The notes beneath the pieces are model-generated. The model ran no database searches and had not been told where the DNA came from. It was given only the letters and a program-made list of their open reading frames with translations. From contig OZ219791.1 of assembly GCA_964291215.2 (NCBI GenBank), forward strand, positions 544,001 through 608,000: a stretch of DNA of 64,000 bases. Reading direction: 5' to 3'. The position numbers were made by a program, and so were the translations under genes. Shown here in pieces: positions 31,888 through 43,208 of this stretch; within the stretch, counting starts at the first letter, position 1, and each line of letters starts with the position of its first letter. The stretch comes from Alphaproteobacteria bacterium (lineage in GTDB: Bacteria; Pseudomonadota; Alphaproteobacteria; MPNO01; UBA830).

Positions 31888-33119
31888 CCTGCTCGGATTC
31901 CGTCGCTGCCGCATTCCTGGCCATTCGGGTCAATTTCCTGCGAAGCGTCCTGACGGCGCTCGGGATCATCATTGGCGTCGGCGCCGTGATCGTCATGATC
32001 GCGGTAGGGGCAGGAGCGCAGAAACGCGTCGACGACCTGATCAAGACCCTCGGCTCGAACCTCGTGATCGTGGTCCCGGGCACCACGACATCCTCCGGCG
32101 CCCGGGGCGCCCGGGGATCACGGCCGACGATCACCGAAGACGATGCCATCGCGATCCAGAATGAGATACCGACGGTGGCCGTCACCGCTCCGCAGGTTCG
32201 GGGATCCGGCCAGATCATCTTCGGCAACCGCAACTGGTCCACGGTGATCTACGGCGTCACCCCGGAGTACAGCCAGGCCCGCGACTGGGAGGTCAGGGAG
32301 GGACGGTGGTTCAATCATGCCGAAGTGCGGGCCGCGGCCAAGGTTGCTCTGGTCGGCGAAACGCTGGTGAAGAACCTGTTCGAGCCCGGCGAAAACCCGG
32401 TGGGGCAGATTATCCGCGTCAAGCGCGTGCCGTTCACGGTCATCGGCATCCTGATGCCGAAGGGTGAAACACCCCGCGGCAACGACATGGACGACGCAAT
32501 CTTCGTGCCGCTGTCGACGGCAAAGAAGCGCCTGGTGGGAGGCCGGCGACTCTCGGGCCGCCTGGTCAGCATCATGTACGTGAAGTCCCGTTCGGCCGGG
32601 GAGGTCGACGACACGATCCGCGAGATGACAAACCTTCTGCGCCAGCGCCATCGCATCCGTCCCGGCGATCCCGACGATTTCTTTGTCCGGAACCTGTCCT
32701 CGATACTCGAGGCGCGCGCGGATTCGTCACGCGTGATGACCCTCCTCCTAGCTGCGGTGGCGTCGATCTCGCTCGTGGTGGGGGGAATCGGGATCATGAA
32801 CATCATGCTCGTTTCAGTGACCGAACGAACCCGCGAAATAGGTCTGCGCATGGCGGTTGGCGCCCGCCGCAGGGACATCCTGCTGCAGTTCCTGATCGAG
32901 GCGGTGACCCTCTCGCTGATCGGCGGCGCCGTCGGCGTGGCTCTGGGTCTGGCCGGCGCCGTCGGCGTCGCGTCGCTGGGCAGCTGGCCTGCAATCATCC
33001 GGCCCGAATCGATCGTTCTCGCGTTCGGATTCGCGGCCGCGGTCGGCATCTTCTTCGGTATCTATCCGGCGCGCAAAGCGGCGCAGTTCGACCCCATCGA
33101 AGCACTCAGATACGAGTGA
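31884..33119 (+). CDS. MacB-type ABC transporter permease
   Basis: RSVLTALGIIIGV, GGIGIMNIMLVSVTERTREIG, PIEALRYE. Confidence 0.93.
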   Translation: MTCSDSVAAAFLAIRVNFLRSVLTALGIIIGVGAVIVMIAVGAGAQKRVDDLIKTLGSNLVIVVPGTTTSSGARGARGSRPTITEDDAIAIQNEIPTVAVTAPQVRGSGQIIFGNRNWSTVIYGVTPEYSQARDWEVREGRWFNHAEVRAAAKVALVGETLVKNLFEPGENPVGQIIRVKRVPFTVIGILMPKGETPRGNDMDDAIFVPLSTAKKRLVGGRRLSGRLVSIMYVKSRSAGEVDDTIREMTNLLRQRHRIRPGDPDDFFVRNLSSILEARADSSRVMTLLLAAVASISLVVGGIGIMNIMLVSVTERTREIGLRMAVGARRRDILLQFLIEAVTLSLIGGAVGVALGLAGAVGVASLGSWPAIIRPESIVLAFGFAAAVGIFFGIYPARKAAQFDPIEALRYE

Positions 33120-33194
33120 CCGGGCATTCGCCCGGCGCCGGGATCCGGCGCGGCAACGGCGTCCCGGGCAGGCAGGCCGCGGGACGGAACAGCA

Positions 33195-34331
33195 TCAGCC
33201 CGTGAGATCTTCCCAGAGCTCCTTGACGCGGGAAAAGAAGCCGTCCGACTGCGGACTGATAGTCGTTTCCCCGCGGGCCGGCTTCTCTTCGGCGAATTCG
33301 GCGAGCAGTTTCTCCTGACGCTTCGACAGGTTGACCGGAGTCTCGACGAAAACGTCGACATACATGTCGCCGCGGCGGTCGCTGCGCAGGATCGACATGC
33401 CCTTCCCGCGCAAGCGGAACTGATGCCCTGACTGAACTCCCTTGGGAATCGTCAGCCTTGCGCGCTTGCCGTCTATGGACGGCACCTCGACGACGCCGCC
33501 GACCGCCGCCGTCGTCATCGGGATGGGCACCCTGACCTGAAGGTCGCTGCCATCCCTCTGGAACAGCCGGTGCGGCCTGACCGAGATGAAGATGTAGAGA
33601 TCGCCGACCCCGCCGCCGCGCTCGCCGGCCTCGCCTTCGCCCGCCAGCCGGATCCGGGTGCCGTCCTCGACGCCAGCGGGTATGGCCACCTTGAGACTCT
33701 TCTCCTGACGGCGGCGCCCGTCTCCGCCGCAATGCTGACACGGATTCCGTATGATCCTGCCGGTTCCACGGCATGTGGGACAGGCCCGCTCGATGGTGAA
33801 GAAACCCTGCTGCGCCCTGACCTTGCCGTGCCCGTGGCAGGTGTCGCAGGTCTCCGGGCTGGAGCCGCTCTCGCCGCCGGAACCGTTGCAGGAATCACAG
33901 GCGACCGCTCTCGCCACCCGGATCTGGTTCTCGCATCCCGCGAAGGCCTCTTCGAGGCCGATCTCCATGTTGTAGCGGAGGTCGGCGCCACGACTCGAGC
34001 GCTGACGCCCGCTGCGGCCGCTGCCCATGAAGTCGCCGAACATCTCGTCGAAGATGTCGGCGAAACCCGAACCGAAGTCGAAACCCGAACCGCCAGCGGC
34101 CCCGCCCTCGAACGCCGCATGTCCGAACTGGTCGTAGGCGGCGCGTTTTTCCGGGTCCTTCAGGACGTCATAGGCTTCGTTGATCTCCTTGAAGCGCGTC
34201 TCCGCCTCGCGGTCATCCGGATTGCGATCCGGGTGGAACCGCATCGCGAGCTTGCGGTAGGCCGACTTCAGGGCCGATGCATCGGCATCCCGGTTCACGC
34301 CGAGCGCTTCGTAATAGTCCTGCTTCGCCAT
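33195..34331 (-). CDS. dnaJ: Chaperone DnaJ
   Basis: J-domain HPD motif, G/F region, four CxxCxGxG motifs. Confidence 0.98.
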   Translation of the reverse strand: MAKQDYYEALGVNRDADASALKSAYRKLAMRFHPDRNPDDREAETRFKEINEAYDVLKDPEKRAAYDQFGHAAFEGGAAGGSGFDFGSGFADIFDEMFGDFMGSGRSGRQRSSRGADLRYNMEIGLEEAFAGCENQIRVARAVACDSCNGSGGESGSSPETCDTCHGHGKVRAQQGFFTIERACPTCRGTGRIIRNPCQHCGGDGRRRQEKSLKVAIPAGVEDGTRIRLAGEGEAGERGGGVGDLYIFISVRPHRLFQRDGSDLQVRVPIPMTTAAVGGVVEVPSIDGKRARLTIPKGVQSGHQFRLRGKGMSILRSDRRGDMYVDVFVETPVNLSKRQEKLLAEFAEEKPARGETTISPQSDGFFSRVKELWEDLTG

Positions 34332-34421
34332 CACTCACCGTCCCCGGTCAGTCGCGACGCGGCGGGCCGCCGCCGCCGTGGGCCATCCGGCAAGGTGCTG
34401 GCGAAACACGCAGGCGCACAC

Positions 34422-36350
34422 TCAGCCGTTGCTGTCCTTCGGAGGATCGCTGTCGACTTCCTCAAAATCGGCATCGACGACAGACGGGTCGCCCGCTTCC
34501 GGACCCGCGGTCCCCGCCGCTTCGGCATCGCCGTCGGCCTGTTCCCGCTGGGCCTTGTACATCGCCTCTCCCAGTTTCTGGGAGACTTGCGCAAGCGCAT
34601 CGGCCTTGGACTCGATCGCATCCGCATCATCGCCGTCCATCGCCAGTTTGAGATCCGCGATAGCGGCTTCGATCGCCGACTTGTCATCCCCCGACACGAT
34701 CTCGCCATGATCGGCGAGCGCCTTCTCGGTGGTATATATCAGGCTGTCCGCATGGTTGCGGACATCGACAAGGCGCCGCCGCTTCTGGTCCTCCGCGGCA
34801 TGCTGTTCGGCCTCCGTCACCATCTTCTCGATGTCTTCGTCCGACAGCCCGCCCGAGGCCTGGATGCGGATTGTCTGCTCCTTGTTGGTCGCCTTGTCCT
34901 TGGCCGAGACATTGACGATGCCGTTGGCATCGATGTCGAAGGCTACCTCGACCTGCGGCCCCCCGCGCGGCGCCGGCGGAATGCCGACGAGATCGAACTG
35001 GCCGAGCAGCTTGTTGTCCGCCGCCATCTCGCGCTCGCCCTGGAACACCCGGATGGTGACGGCGCTCTGGTTGTCCTCGGCAGTCGAGAACACCTGGCTC
35101 TTCTTGGTCGGAATCGTCGTGTTGCGGTCGATCAGGCGAGTGAACACGCCGCCGAGGGTCTCAATGCCAAGCGACAGCGGCGTGACGTCGAGCAGCAGCA
35201 CATCCTTGACGTCTCCCTTGAGCACACCGGCCTGAATGGCTGCGCCGATGGCCACCACCTCGTCGGGATTGACGCCACGATGCGGCTCGCGTCCGAAGAA
35301 ATTCTTCACCGTCTCGACGACCTTGGGTATGCGGGTCATGCCGCCGACGAGGATCACCTCGTCGACCTCGCCGGCCGACAGCGATGCGTCCTTGAGGGCG
35401 GCCCGGCAGGGTCCGACGGTGCGCTCGATGAGATCGTCGACAAGGGCTTCGAACTTGGCCCGCGTCAGCTTGATGTTCAGGTGCTTGGGACCGGTCTGGT
35501 CGGCGGTGATGAACGGCAGGTTGGCTTCCGTCTGCCCCGAGGACGACAGCTCGATCTTGGCTTTTTCAGCCGCTTCCTTCAGGCGCTGAAGCGCCAGCTT
35601 GTCCTCGCGCAGGTCGATGCCGTGTTCCTTCCGGAACTCATCGGCGAGATATTCGATGATCCGGGCATCAAAATCCTCGCCGCCCAGGAACGTGTCGCCG
35701 TTGGTCGACTTGACCTCGAACACGCCGTCGCCGATCTCGAGGATGGACACGTCGAAGGTGCCGCCGCCGAGATCGTACACGGCAATCGTGCCGCTCTCCT
35801 TCTTCTCGAGCCCGTAGGCCAGGGCTGCCGCCGTCGGCTCGTTGATGATGCGGAGGACGTCAAGCCCGGCAATCCGCCCGGCATCTTTCGTTGCCTGGCG
35901 CTGCGAGTCATTGAAATAGGCGGGCACGGTCACGACCGCTTCCGTGACGTCTTCGCCAAGAAAAGCTTCGGCCGTTTCCTTCATCTTTTGAAGTATGAAG
36001 GCGGAAATCTGGCTCGGGGAATAGCTCTCCCCGCCCGCCTCGACCCAGGCATCCCCGTTGTCGGCCTTGACGATCTTGTAGGGCACCAGGTCCTGGTCCT
36101 TCCTCGTCGTCGGATCGTCGAACGGACGGCCTATGAGCCGCTTGATCGCAAACAGGGTCTTCGCGGGATTGGTCACCGCCTGCCGCTTCGCAGCCTGACC
36201 GACGAGCCGTTCGTCGCCGTCGGTGAAGGCCACCATCGACGGCGTGGTCCGTGCGCCTTCCGAATTCTCTATGACCCTGGCGTCGGTGCCGTCCATGACG
36301 GAGACGCAGGAGTTCGTCGTGCCCAGATCAATGCCTATCGCCTTGCCCAT
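34422..36350 (-). CDS. dnaK: Chaperone DnaK
   Basis: [36 protein letters not shown]. Confidence 0.99.
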   Translation of the reverse strand: MGKAIGIDLGTTNSCVSVMDGTDARVIENSEGARTTPSMVAFTDGDERLVGQAAKRQAVTNPAKTLFAIKRLIGRPFDDPTTRKDQDLVPYKIVKADNGDAWVEAGGESYSPSQISAFILQKMKETAEAFLGEDVTEAVVTVPAYFNDSQRQATKDAGRIAGLDVLRIINEPTAAALAYGLEKKESGTIAVYDLGGGTFDVSILEIGDGVFEVKSTNGDTFLGGEDFDARIIEYLADEFRKEHGIDLREDKLALQRLKEAAEKAKIELSSSGQTEANLPFITADQTGPKHLNIKLTRAKFEALVDDLIERTVGPCRAALKDASLSAGEVDEVILVGGMTRIPKVVETVKNFFGREPHRGVNPDEVVAIGAAIQAGVLKGDVKDVLLLDVTPLSLGIETLGGVFTRLIDRNTTIPTKKSQVFSTAEDNQSAVTIRVFQGEREMAADNKLLGQFDLVGIPPAPRGGPQVEVAFDIDANGIVNVSAKDKATNKEQTIRIQASGGLSDEDIEKMVTEAEQHAAEDQKRRRLVDVRNHADSLIYTTEKALADHGEIVSGDDKSAIEAAIADLKLAMDGDDADAIESKADALAQVSQKLGEAMYKAQREQADGDAEAAGTAGPEAGDPSVVDADFEEVDSDPPKDSNG

Positions 36351-36447
36351 TTCCCACCTCGCAACCCCCCGGGCCGCCACAGGCGCGGCCGATCGGGACG
36401 TGAGCCCGCTAAGAGTTCATGATACCGTGATTTCGGTGATGCAACCT

Positions 36448-36476
36448 ATATAGGGAGCCTCCGCTGGCCTTACAAG
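36448..36476 (-). promoter_or_regulatory. Sigma32 (RpoH) promoter of dnaKJ
   Basis: CTTGTA-N16-CCTATAT, matching the alphaproteobacterial RpoH consensus CTTGAA-N15/16-CCTATAT. Confidence 0.75.
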
Positions 36477-36527
36477 TGGTGCAGGGCCGCTTCCGGAGAC
36501 CAGGAACGAAGCGCTCGGATCGTCGAC

Positions 36528-37436
36528 ATGATCGTCTCCGCCAGCTATCGCACCGATATCCCGGCCTTCCACGCCGACTGGTTCAGCAGATGCCTCGCGG
36601 CCGGCTCCTGCGAGGTCGCGAACCCGTATGGCGGTCCACCCTACCGCGTCGACCTCCGACCGCAAAGTGTCGACGGCTTCGTGTTCTGGACGCGGAACGC
36701 GGCGCCCTTCGCCAGCGCGCTGGAACGCTTGTCGTCGCTTCGCGTTCCGTTCGTCGTCCAGTTCACGGCAACCGGGTATCCGCGCGCCCTCGATGCCCAT
36801 ACCATACGGCCGGAAGAGGCGGCGGCGCAGATGGCCGAGCTCGCCGCGCGTTACGGCCGGCGCTCGGTCGTGTGGCGCTACGATCCGGTCGTGGTCACGT
36901 CGCTGACCCCTGCCGACTGGCACGAACGGAATTTCTCGCGCCTCGCGGCAGCGCTGCGCGGCACCGTCGATGAGTGCGTGATCTCGTTTGCCCACATCTA
37001 CCGCAAGACCCGTCGGCGGCTCGACGATGCCGGGCGCCGGGCCGACTTCTCGTGGCGTGATCCGGAAACCGACGAAAAACGCCGCCTCTGCGCCCGCCTG
37101 GCGGAATGCGCGGCGGAGTTCGGCATGCAGCTCACGGTCTGCAGCCAGCCCGGGGTCACGGCGTCTCCCGCGCTCCCGGCCCGTTGCATTGATGCCGCGC
37201 GCATTGCCGATATCGCGGGCCGCGTCATCCCGGCGCGACGCAAGGGGAACCGTCCCGGCTGCCTGTGCGCCGAAAGCCGGGATATCGGCGCCTACGACAG
37301 CTGCGCCCACGGATGCGTCTACTGCTACGCGGTCTCCGACCACACCCGCGCAGTCAGTGCGCTGAAAGGGCTGAAAGCGGGCGATGCGGCGCCGCCCGGG
37401 ATCACTCCTGAGGCTCGTCTTCGGACGCCGCCCTAG
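36528..37436 (+). CDS. DUF1848 family protein with C-terminal radical-SAM-like Cys cluster
   Basis: MIVSASYRTDIPAF, FWTRN, WRYDP, CLCAESRDIGAYDSCAHGCVYCYA. Confidence 0.9.
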   Translation: MIVSASYRTDIPAFHADWFSRCLAAGSCEVANPYGGPPYRVDLRPQSVDGFVFWTRNAAPFASALERLSSLRVPFVVQFTATGYPRALDAHTIRPEEAAAQMAELAARYGRRSVVWRYDPVVVTSLTPADWHERNFSRLAAALRGTVDECVISFAHIYRKTRRRLDDAGRRADFSWRDPETDEKRRLCARLAECAAEFGMQLTVCSQPGVTASPALPARCIDAARIADIAGRVIPARRKGNRPGCLCAESRDIGAYDSCAHGCVYCYAVSDHTRAVSALKGLKAGDAAPPGITPEARLRTPP

Positions 37437-38067
37437 CGACGGACACCTTGGCCGGGCGCAACAGCCGGTCATAGATCACGTAGCCGGTTTCGAGAACCTG
37501 CACCACCGTGCCCGGCACCGCGTCGGCAACGGGAACTTCGAGCATTGCCTCGTGGAATTGCGGGTCGAATTTCTCGCCCTCCGGCTCCAGCTTTCGCACC
37601 CCCTGCCGTTCGAGCGCGGCATGCAGGCTCTTCTCGGTCAGCTCGACGCCCTCGACGAATCCGGCCAAGCTGCCGTCTTCTGGATCGTCGTCCGCCGGCG
37701 CCGACTCAATCGCGCGGCGCAGATTGTCCGCCACCGTCAGGATTTCGAGCGCAAAGCCGGACGCGCCGTAACGGAGCGCATCCTGGCGCTCCTTCTGGGA
37801 ACGGCGGCGCAGGTTCTCCGTTTCCGCAAGCGCGCGGAGGAGCTTGTCCTTGAGGTCCGCGACCTCGTCTTCGGGAGCCGGGTCTTCCGGCGCCTCGTCC
37901 GCCGGCGGGGCGGTTTCGCCGGCGTCGCCCCGGTCATCATCAGCATTCGCCGACACGTCTCCGCCGGTCTCGGACGGCGAAGCGGCAGCCGAATCCTCGA
38001 CATCGGAGGCTGCCGCCTCCGGCGCCTTGCCCTCGGGGTTTCCGGTCCCGTTCTCGGAAGTGATCAC
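37402..38067 (-). CDS. grpE: Nucleotide exchange factor GrpE
   Basis: LRALAETENLRRR, FDPQFHEAM, GYVIYDRLLRPAKV. Confidence 0.96.
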   Translation of the reverse strand: MITSENGTGNPEGKAPEAAASDVEDSAAASPSETGGDVSANADDDRGDAGETAPPADEAPEDPAPEDEVADLKDKLLRALAETENLRRRSQKERQDALRYGASGFALEILTVADNLRRAIESAPADDDPEDGSLAGFVEGVELTEKSLHAALERQGVRKLEPEGEKFDPQFHEAMLEVPVADAVPGTVVQVLETGYVIYDRLLRPAKVSVARAASEDEPQE

Positions 38068-38092
38068 GATTCTCCTTCTCTCCTTCCCTGTC

Positions 38093-39163
38093 TCAGCCTA
38101 TGAGGCGGTCGATGACTTTGGCCGTGTAGTCGACCATGGGGATTATGCGGGCGTAGTTCAGGCGCGTCGGCCCGATGACGCCGATCGCGCCGACAAGGGT
38201 CTGCTGGTCGCCCTTGAGCGGCGCCACGACAAGGGAACATCCGCTCTGGTCGAACAGCGTGTTTTCTGCGCCGATGAAGATCTGGACGCCGTCCGCGTTG
38301 TCGGTGATTTCCAGAAGCCCGGCGATGAGTTCGTCGTTCTCGAGCGATTCGAACAGGTTTCGCACGCGATCGAGGTCCTGAACGGCCGCCACCTCGTCGA
38401 GAAGCCGTGCCTGGCCCTTGACGATCAGCGCTCCGCCGGACCTCTGATCCCCCGCCCACGCGGCGAGGCCGGCCTCGACCAGCCGGGCGGTGATTTCGTC
38501 GAGTTCCGCCCGTTGCCGCTCGATATCGCGGGCAATCACCGCGCGCACCTCCTCGAAGGTGCGCCCGGCGAAGCGCGCATTGAGATAGTTTCCGGCCCGG
38601 GTCAGCGACGATAACGGCGTCCCGGGAGGTATGTCGACGATGCGATTTTCGACGAAGCCGTCATCGGTCACCAGAACTGCCAGCGCGCGGCCGTCATGGA
38701 GATTGACAAACTCCATGTGCCGGAGCGGCCGTTCCGTCTTGGGCACGGCAACCAGCCCGGCGCAGTGCGCAAGGCCCGAAAGCACCGAGGTCGCTTCGGC
38801 AAGCGCCTCCTGGAGGCTCGTGCCGTGGCTGCTGCACTGCGCCTCGATGTTCATCTGTTCCTGGGCGCTGAGGTCGCCGATTTCGAGGAGGCCGTCCACG
38901 AACAGACGCAGGCCTTTCTCGGTCGGAAGCCGTCCGGCCGAGGTATGGGGTGCGTAGAGCAGGCCCATGTCTTCCAAGTCCGCCATGACATTGCGGATGG
39001 TCGCGGCCGAAAGCGGGCTGTGAATGCGGCGCGACAAGGTGCGCGACCCTACCGGAGATCCCGAAGCCAGAAAGCTCTCCACGAGCTCCCGGAAGACTTC
39101 GCGGGATCTGTTGTCCAGGGACTCGATCAGGTCGGAATTTGTGCCGTTCATCTTGATCACCAA
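38093..39163 (-). CDS. hrcA: Heat-inducible transcription repressor HrcA
   Basis: PVGSRTL, SAATIRNVMADLE, PHTSAGRLPT, GVIGPTRLNY; start 39163 or 39151. Confidence 0.96.
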   Translation of the reverse strand: MVIKMNGTNSDLIESLDNRSREVFRELVESFLASGSPVGSRTLSRRIHSPLSAATIRNVMADLEDMGLLYAPHTSAGRLPTEKGLRLFVDGLLEIGDLSAQEQMNIEAQCSSHGTSLQEALAEATSVLSGLAHCAGLVAVPKTERPLRHMEFVNLHDGRALAVLVTDDGFVENRIVDIPPGTPLSSLTRAGNYLNARFAGRTFEEVRAVIARDIERQRAELDEITARLVEAGLAAWAGDQRSGGALIVKGQARLLDEVAAVQDLDRVRNLFESLENDELIAGLLEITDNADGVQIFIGAENTLFDQSGCSLVVAPLKGDQQTLVGAIGVIGPTRLNYARIIPMVDYTAKVIDRLIG

Positions 39164-39173
39164 CCGGTCGCGG

Positions 39174-39201
39174 AATATAGTCGCCGATCATTTGTTGTCA
39201 A
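39174..39201 (-). promoter_or_regulatory. Putative hrcA-grpE promoter
   Basis: TTGACA-N16-TATATT immediately upstream of hrcA. Confidence 0.55.
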
Positions 39202-39384
39202 CGATGTTGCGCCTCTCCCGGGGTGTACGCCACAGGATCAAGGTGCTTTCGGCCGTGTCGCGGCCCTGCCCGATTTCAGAAAACGGACAGCCCACTGCAC
39301 CAGCCCGCGATCCGATGGGCGTGTTGCGGCTGTGTTCACAGCGGCCCCATGCGGCAACGCCGCGATCAAGCGAAGGAGGAAAAC

Positions 39385-40110
39385 ATGCGCCCATCCGGCC
39401 GCGCTTCGGACGAAATGCGACAGGTAACGCTAGAGACCGGGTTCACGCCGTACGCCGAGGGGTCCTGTCTGGCGCGTTTCGGGGGGACCATCGTGCTGTG
39501 CAATGCCAGCGTCGAGAATCGTGTCCCGCCCTTTCTCCGCAATACCGGGTCGGGCTGGGTCACCGCGGAGTACGGCATGCTTCCGCGCTCAACGCATGAG
39601 CGGACGGACCGCGAGGCGGCGCGGGGGCGGCAGTCGGGCCGCACCCTCGAGATTCAGCGCCTCATCGGCCGGGCCCTCCGGGCGGTGACCGATCTCCGGG
39701 CGCTCGGCGAACGCCAGATCCGGATCGACTGCGACGTTATCCAGGCGGATGGCGGAACCCGGACGGCGGCGGTGACCGGCGCCTGGGTCGCCCTCAGGAT
39801 CGCCGTCGACGGCCTGTCGAAGTCGGGCGCCGTCGCCCGCGACCCGCTCGCGATCTCCGTTGCGGCCGTCTCCTGCGGCATCTATCGCGGCACCCCGGTG
39901 CTCGATCTCGACTACGCCGAGGATTCGACTGCCGACGCCGACGCCAATTTCGTGCTGACCGGCGACGGCAACATCGTCGAAATCCAGGGCACCGCCGAAA
40001 AGGCCGCCTTCGGCGAAGCGGCGTTCCTGCAACTCCTGGAACTCGCGAAGGGGGGCGCGAACGAACTGACGACAATCCAGCGTAAGGCCCTTGCCGGCGA
40101 CGGCGCGTGA
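39385..40110 (+). CDS. rph: Ribonuclease PH
   Basis: [34 protein letters not shown]; RBS AAGGAGG. Confidence 0.98.
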   Translation: MRPSGRASDEMRQVTLETGFTPYAEGSCLARFGGTIVLCNASVENRVPPFLRNTGSGWVTAEYGMLPRSTHERTDREAARGRQSGRTLEIQRLIGRALRAVTDLRALGERQIRIDCDVIQADGGTRTAAVTGAWVALRIAVDGLSKSGAVARDPLAISVAAVSCGIYRGTPVLDLDYAEDSTADADANFVLTGDGNIVEIQGTAEKAAFGEAAFLQLLELAKGGANELTTIQRKALAGDGA

Positions 40111-40114
40111 CGAA

Positions 40115-40723
40115 ATGCCCAGGCGCCTAGCCAGCGGTTGTCTCGTGGTTGCGAGCCACAACGCGGGGAAGGTTCGCGAAATATCCGAGCTTCTTGCGCC
40201 GTGGCCGATCAAGATCGCAAGCGCCGGGGATCTCGGGCTCCCCGAGCCCGAGGAAACCGGCGACAGCTTTGCCGCCAACGCGCTCCTGAAGGCCGCGGCC
40301 GCGGCGGCCGCGGCCGGGCAGCCGGCGCTGGCAGACGATTCCGGCCTCGCTGTCGAGGTCCTCGACGGCGCGCCGGGAATCCATTCAGCGCGATGGGCCG
40401 GTCCGGAAAGGGACTTCGCGGCCGCAATGGTACGGGTTCACGAGGCGATGGGATCGTCGCCCGACCGGCAAGCGCAGTTCGTCTGCGCCCTGGCGCTGGC
40501 CTGGCCGGAGGGACATGCCGAGATCTTCGAGGGCACCGTGTCGGGCAGCATCGTATGGCCACCCCGCGGCACGCGGGGTTTCGGATACGATCCGATATTC
40601 GTCGCGGCCGGCGACACCGCGACCTTCGGCGAGATCGCGCCGGCAGACAAGCATTCGAAAAGCCATCGCGCAGACGCCTTTCGCCAGCTTGTCGCCGCCT
40701 GCCTGCCCCCCGCTCCACGATGA
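40115..40723 (+). CDS. rdgB: dITP/XTP pyrophosphatase
   Basis: [35 protein letters not shown]. Confidence 0.96.
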   Translation: MPRRLASGCLVVASHNAGKVREISELLAPWPIKIASAGDLGLPEPEETGDSFAANALLKAAAAAAAAGQPALADDSGLAVEVLDGAPGIHSARWAGPERDFAAAMVRVHEAMGSSPDRQAQFVCALALAWPEGHAEIFEGTVSGSIVWPPRGTRGFGYDPIFVAAGDTATFGEIAPADKHSKSHRADAFRQLVAACLPPAPR

Positions 40724-41949
40724 CCCTGCCGCCCGCGCCCCGCCACAGCGCCGTGCCGGAGGAACGGAGCATCTCGCTCTATGTCCATTGGCCTTTCTGC
40801 GTGGCGAAATGCCCGTACTGCGATTTCAACAGCCATGTCGAGAACTTCGTCGACGAGTCCGCGTGGCAGGCTGCGCTGCTCGATGAATTCGATCACTACG
40901 CCGCGGTCGCCGGCGCCCGTACACTCAGGACCGTCTTCTTCGGCGGCGGCACGCCGTCCCTCATGCCGCCGCGCATCGTCGGCAGCCTTCTCGAGCGGGC
41001 CGCCCGCCACTGGACTGTCGCAGACGATCTCGAAACGACCCTGGAGGCCAACCCCTCTTCGGCAGAAACCTCGAAGCTCGCAGACTTCAGGGCGGCCGGC
41101 ATCAATCGCCTGTCGATCGGCGTGCAGTCCTTCAGCGGCGCCGAACTTGCCTTCCTCGGACGGGCTCATGATGCCGCCGAGGGCCGGTGCGCCATCGAGG
41201 CGGCAGCGCGCCTTTTCGATCGCTATTCGTTCGACATGATCTACGCTCTTCCCGGCCAGCGGCCGGAACAGTGGCGGGAACAGCTGCGGACAGCCCTGAA
41301 CCTGGCCGGTGACCACCTGTCGCTCTACCAGCTTGCTGTCGAGAAGGGGACCGCGTTCTTCGCCGCGCATCGCGAGGGCGCCTTCGAGCTTCCCGATGAC
41401 GACACAGCGCTCGAGCTGATGGACGCCACCCACGCCGCCACCGACGCCGCCGGTTATCCGTTCTACGAGGTCGCCAACCATGCCGTCCCCGGCGGAGAGT
41501 GCCGGCACAACATGCTCTGCTGGCAGGGCGAGGACTATGCCGGCATCGGCCCCGGCGCCCACGGCCGGATTGAAGTGGCGGGAGCGCGCCACGCCACGGA
41601 ACAGATTCCGGGGCCGGCGGCGTGGCTGGCGGCCGTCCGCGCCAACGGTCACGGCACCCGGATGCGCGCACCGGTCGATCGGGCGCGCCGGCTAGACGAA
41701 CTCCTGATCACGGGCCTTCGCCTTGTCTCGGGCGTGAGTCGGGACGCGTTTTTTAGGGCGGCCGGAGAAGCGCTCGAGGCGCGGCTCGACATGGAGACCG
41801 TGGCCGCCCTCGAACAGGAGGGGCTGGTCCGTCTCGACGACGACGCGCTCAGGGCCACCCGGGCCGGCATGCGGTGCCTGGATTCCCTGATCGCCGCTCT
41901 TGCGGCGTGCGCGGCCCCCGAAGCCGACGCGGTGCAAACAGCGGGCTGA
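40720..41949 (+). CDS. hemW: Radical SAM heme chaperone HemW
   Basis: [27 protein letters not shown]; rph-rdgB-hemW synteny. Confidence 0.93.
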   Translation: MTLPPAPRHSAVPEERSISLYVHWPFCVAKCPYCDFNSHVENFVDESAWQAALLDEFDHYAAVAGARTLRTVFFGGGTPSLMPPRIVGSLLERAARHWTVADDLETTLEANPSSAETSKLADFRAAGINRLSIGVQSFSGAELAFLGRAHDAAEGRCAIEAAARLFDRYSFDMIYALPGQRPEQWREQLRTALNLAGDHLSLYQLAVEKGTAFFAAHREGAFELPDDDTALELMDATHAATDAAGYPFYEVANHAVPGGECRHNMLCWQGEDYAGIGPGAHGRIEVAGARHATEQIPGPAAWLAAVRANGHGTRMRAPVDRARRLDELLITGLRLVSGVSRDAFFRAAGEALEARLDMETVAALEQEGLVRLDDDALRATRAGMRCLDSLIAALAACAAPEADAVQTAG

Positions 41950-41975
41950 AATCCGCGCCGGCCGTCGGCCCGGAC

Positions 41976-43208
41976 TCATTTGCCGCCGGAACCGAAGGTG
42001 CGGCGGGCGGGTTCCAGGACACGGCTGGCGCGGGAGTCCACCTCGCGAACTTCGAGGAGATATTGCGACATTCCGTTCGCGAGGAACCGAAACACGCCGC
42101 CTGCACCCGCAAATCCGGAGGCACCGGTCAGCATGGCCCGATCGAACGGCGCCTGTCCCGCCGCCGGCGCTCCGATCGCGGCCAGCGCTGCCATGTCGTA
42201 GGCCGCTGCCGCCAGCGGGGGCGGCAGCGTACCGAACGCCTGTTCGAAGGATTTCCGGAATTCGGCGCCGCGCGCATCCGGCACGGAAGCAAACCAGCTG
42301 CCGACCAGGGCCGGCTCCTGCCCGGTCCGTGGCGACGACCAGCTGGCCAGACCGAGAAACCGGACCCTGTCCGCGTCCAGATCGAAATATCCGAGTTGCG
42401 CGGCCAACTCCGAAAGCCGGTCGCCGCTGGCGGCAACGACAAGCGCGTCGAAGCGCAGGTTGCCGTCGCGCGCAACCTTCAGGGCCCGAACCGCCTCGCG
42501 CGCGTCGCCGGCGCCGAAACCGCGCGTGACGACGAGCCGCCCGCCCGTGCCCGCCAGAGCGGCGCGGAGCGCCTCGCCGACCCGCTGGCCGAAGGGCTCG
42601 ACCGGCAGCAACGCCGCGAATCTCCGCAGCCCCTGGCGCAAGGAGTAGTTGACGACCCGCGCGACCTGCATTTCCGGCAGCAGCCCGGCGAGATAGACTC
42701 CCGGCCGGGCGGCCGCGCTGTCGTTCGAGAAGGCGAGCATGTTGACGCTGGCGGCGAGGGCGGCCGGGGCGGCCGCTGTCACGACTTCGGAAAAAACCGG
42801 CCCAATAATCAGACCGGCTCCCGCCGCAATGGCATCCCGGGCGGCAAGGGCGCCGCCGGCCGCCGATCCCGCGGTGTCGAACGGCATCAGCACGAGGTTG
42901 TCATCGGCGAAGCTGAACTGAGCGAGCAACGCCGCGTCGAGGAGGCTCCTGCCGATTTCCGCGTGCCGGCCGCTCAGCGGCAGCAGAAGTGCGACGCGAA
43001 CGCGGCCGTCGACACCCACCCGCGCCTGCCGCTTCGACGCCCTGACAACCGCCGCGACCGGACGATCGACGGCCGCAGCCGTTGCGGCCCGCTCCTTGCC
43101 TGACGCGGCGGCTCCCCTATTGTGGCAAACAGCCGCCGCGAGCGCGATCATGGCCGCCAGGGCGATCATCCGCGCCACGTTGAGCCGGCTGTCGAGCGAG
43201 GCCCTCAT
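41976..43208 (-). CDS. Penicillin-binding protein activator LpoA-like periplasmic binding-fold protein
   Basis: VALLLPLSG, IIGPVFS, AFSND, AYD, GFAGAGGVFRF; divergent from rsmI; start uncertain. Confidence 0.8.
   Translation of the reverse strand: MRASLDSRLNVARMIALAAMIALAAAVCHNRGAAASGKERAATAAAVDRPVAAVVRASKRQARVGVDGRVRVALLLPLSGRHAEIGRSLLDAALLAQFSFADDNLVLMPFDTAGSAAGGALAARDAIAAGAGLIIGPVFSEVVTAAAPAALAASVNMLAFSNDSAAARPGVYLAGLLPEMQVARVVNYSLRQGLRRFAALLPVEPFGQRVGEALRAALAGTGGRLVVTRGFGAGDAREAVRALKVARDGNLRFDALVVAASGDRLSELAAQLGYFDLDADRVRFLGLASWSSPRTGQEPALVGSWFASVPDARGAEFRKSFEQAFGTLPPPLAAAAYDMAALAAIGAPAAGQAPFDRAMLTGASGFAGAGGVFRFLANGMSQYLLEVREVDSRASRVLEPARRTFGSGGK

Noticed and set aside
33570-36422. 950-aa ORF antisense to dnaK/dnaJ
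   Set aside because: A known shadow ORF caused by codon bias, often misannotated as glutamate dehydrogenase; no independent motifs.
36351-36527. CIRCE operator upstream of dnaK, expected from the nearby hrcA
   Set aside because: No TTAGCACTC-N9-GAGTGCTAA was found; an RpoH promoter is present instead.
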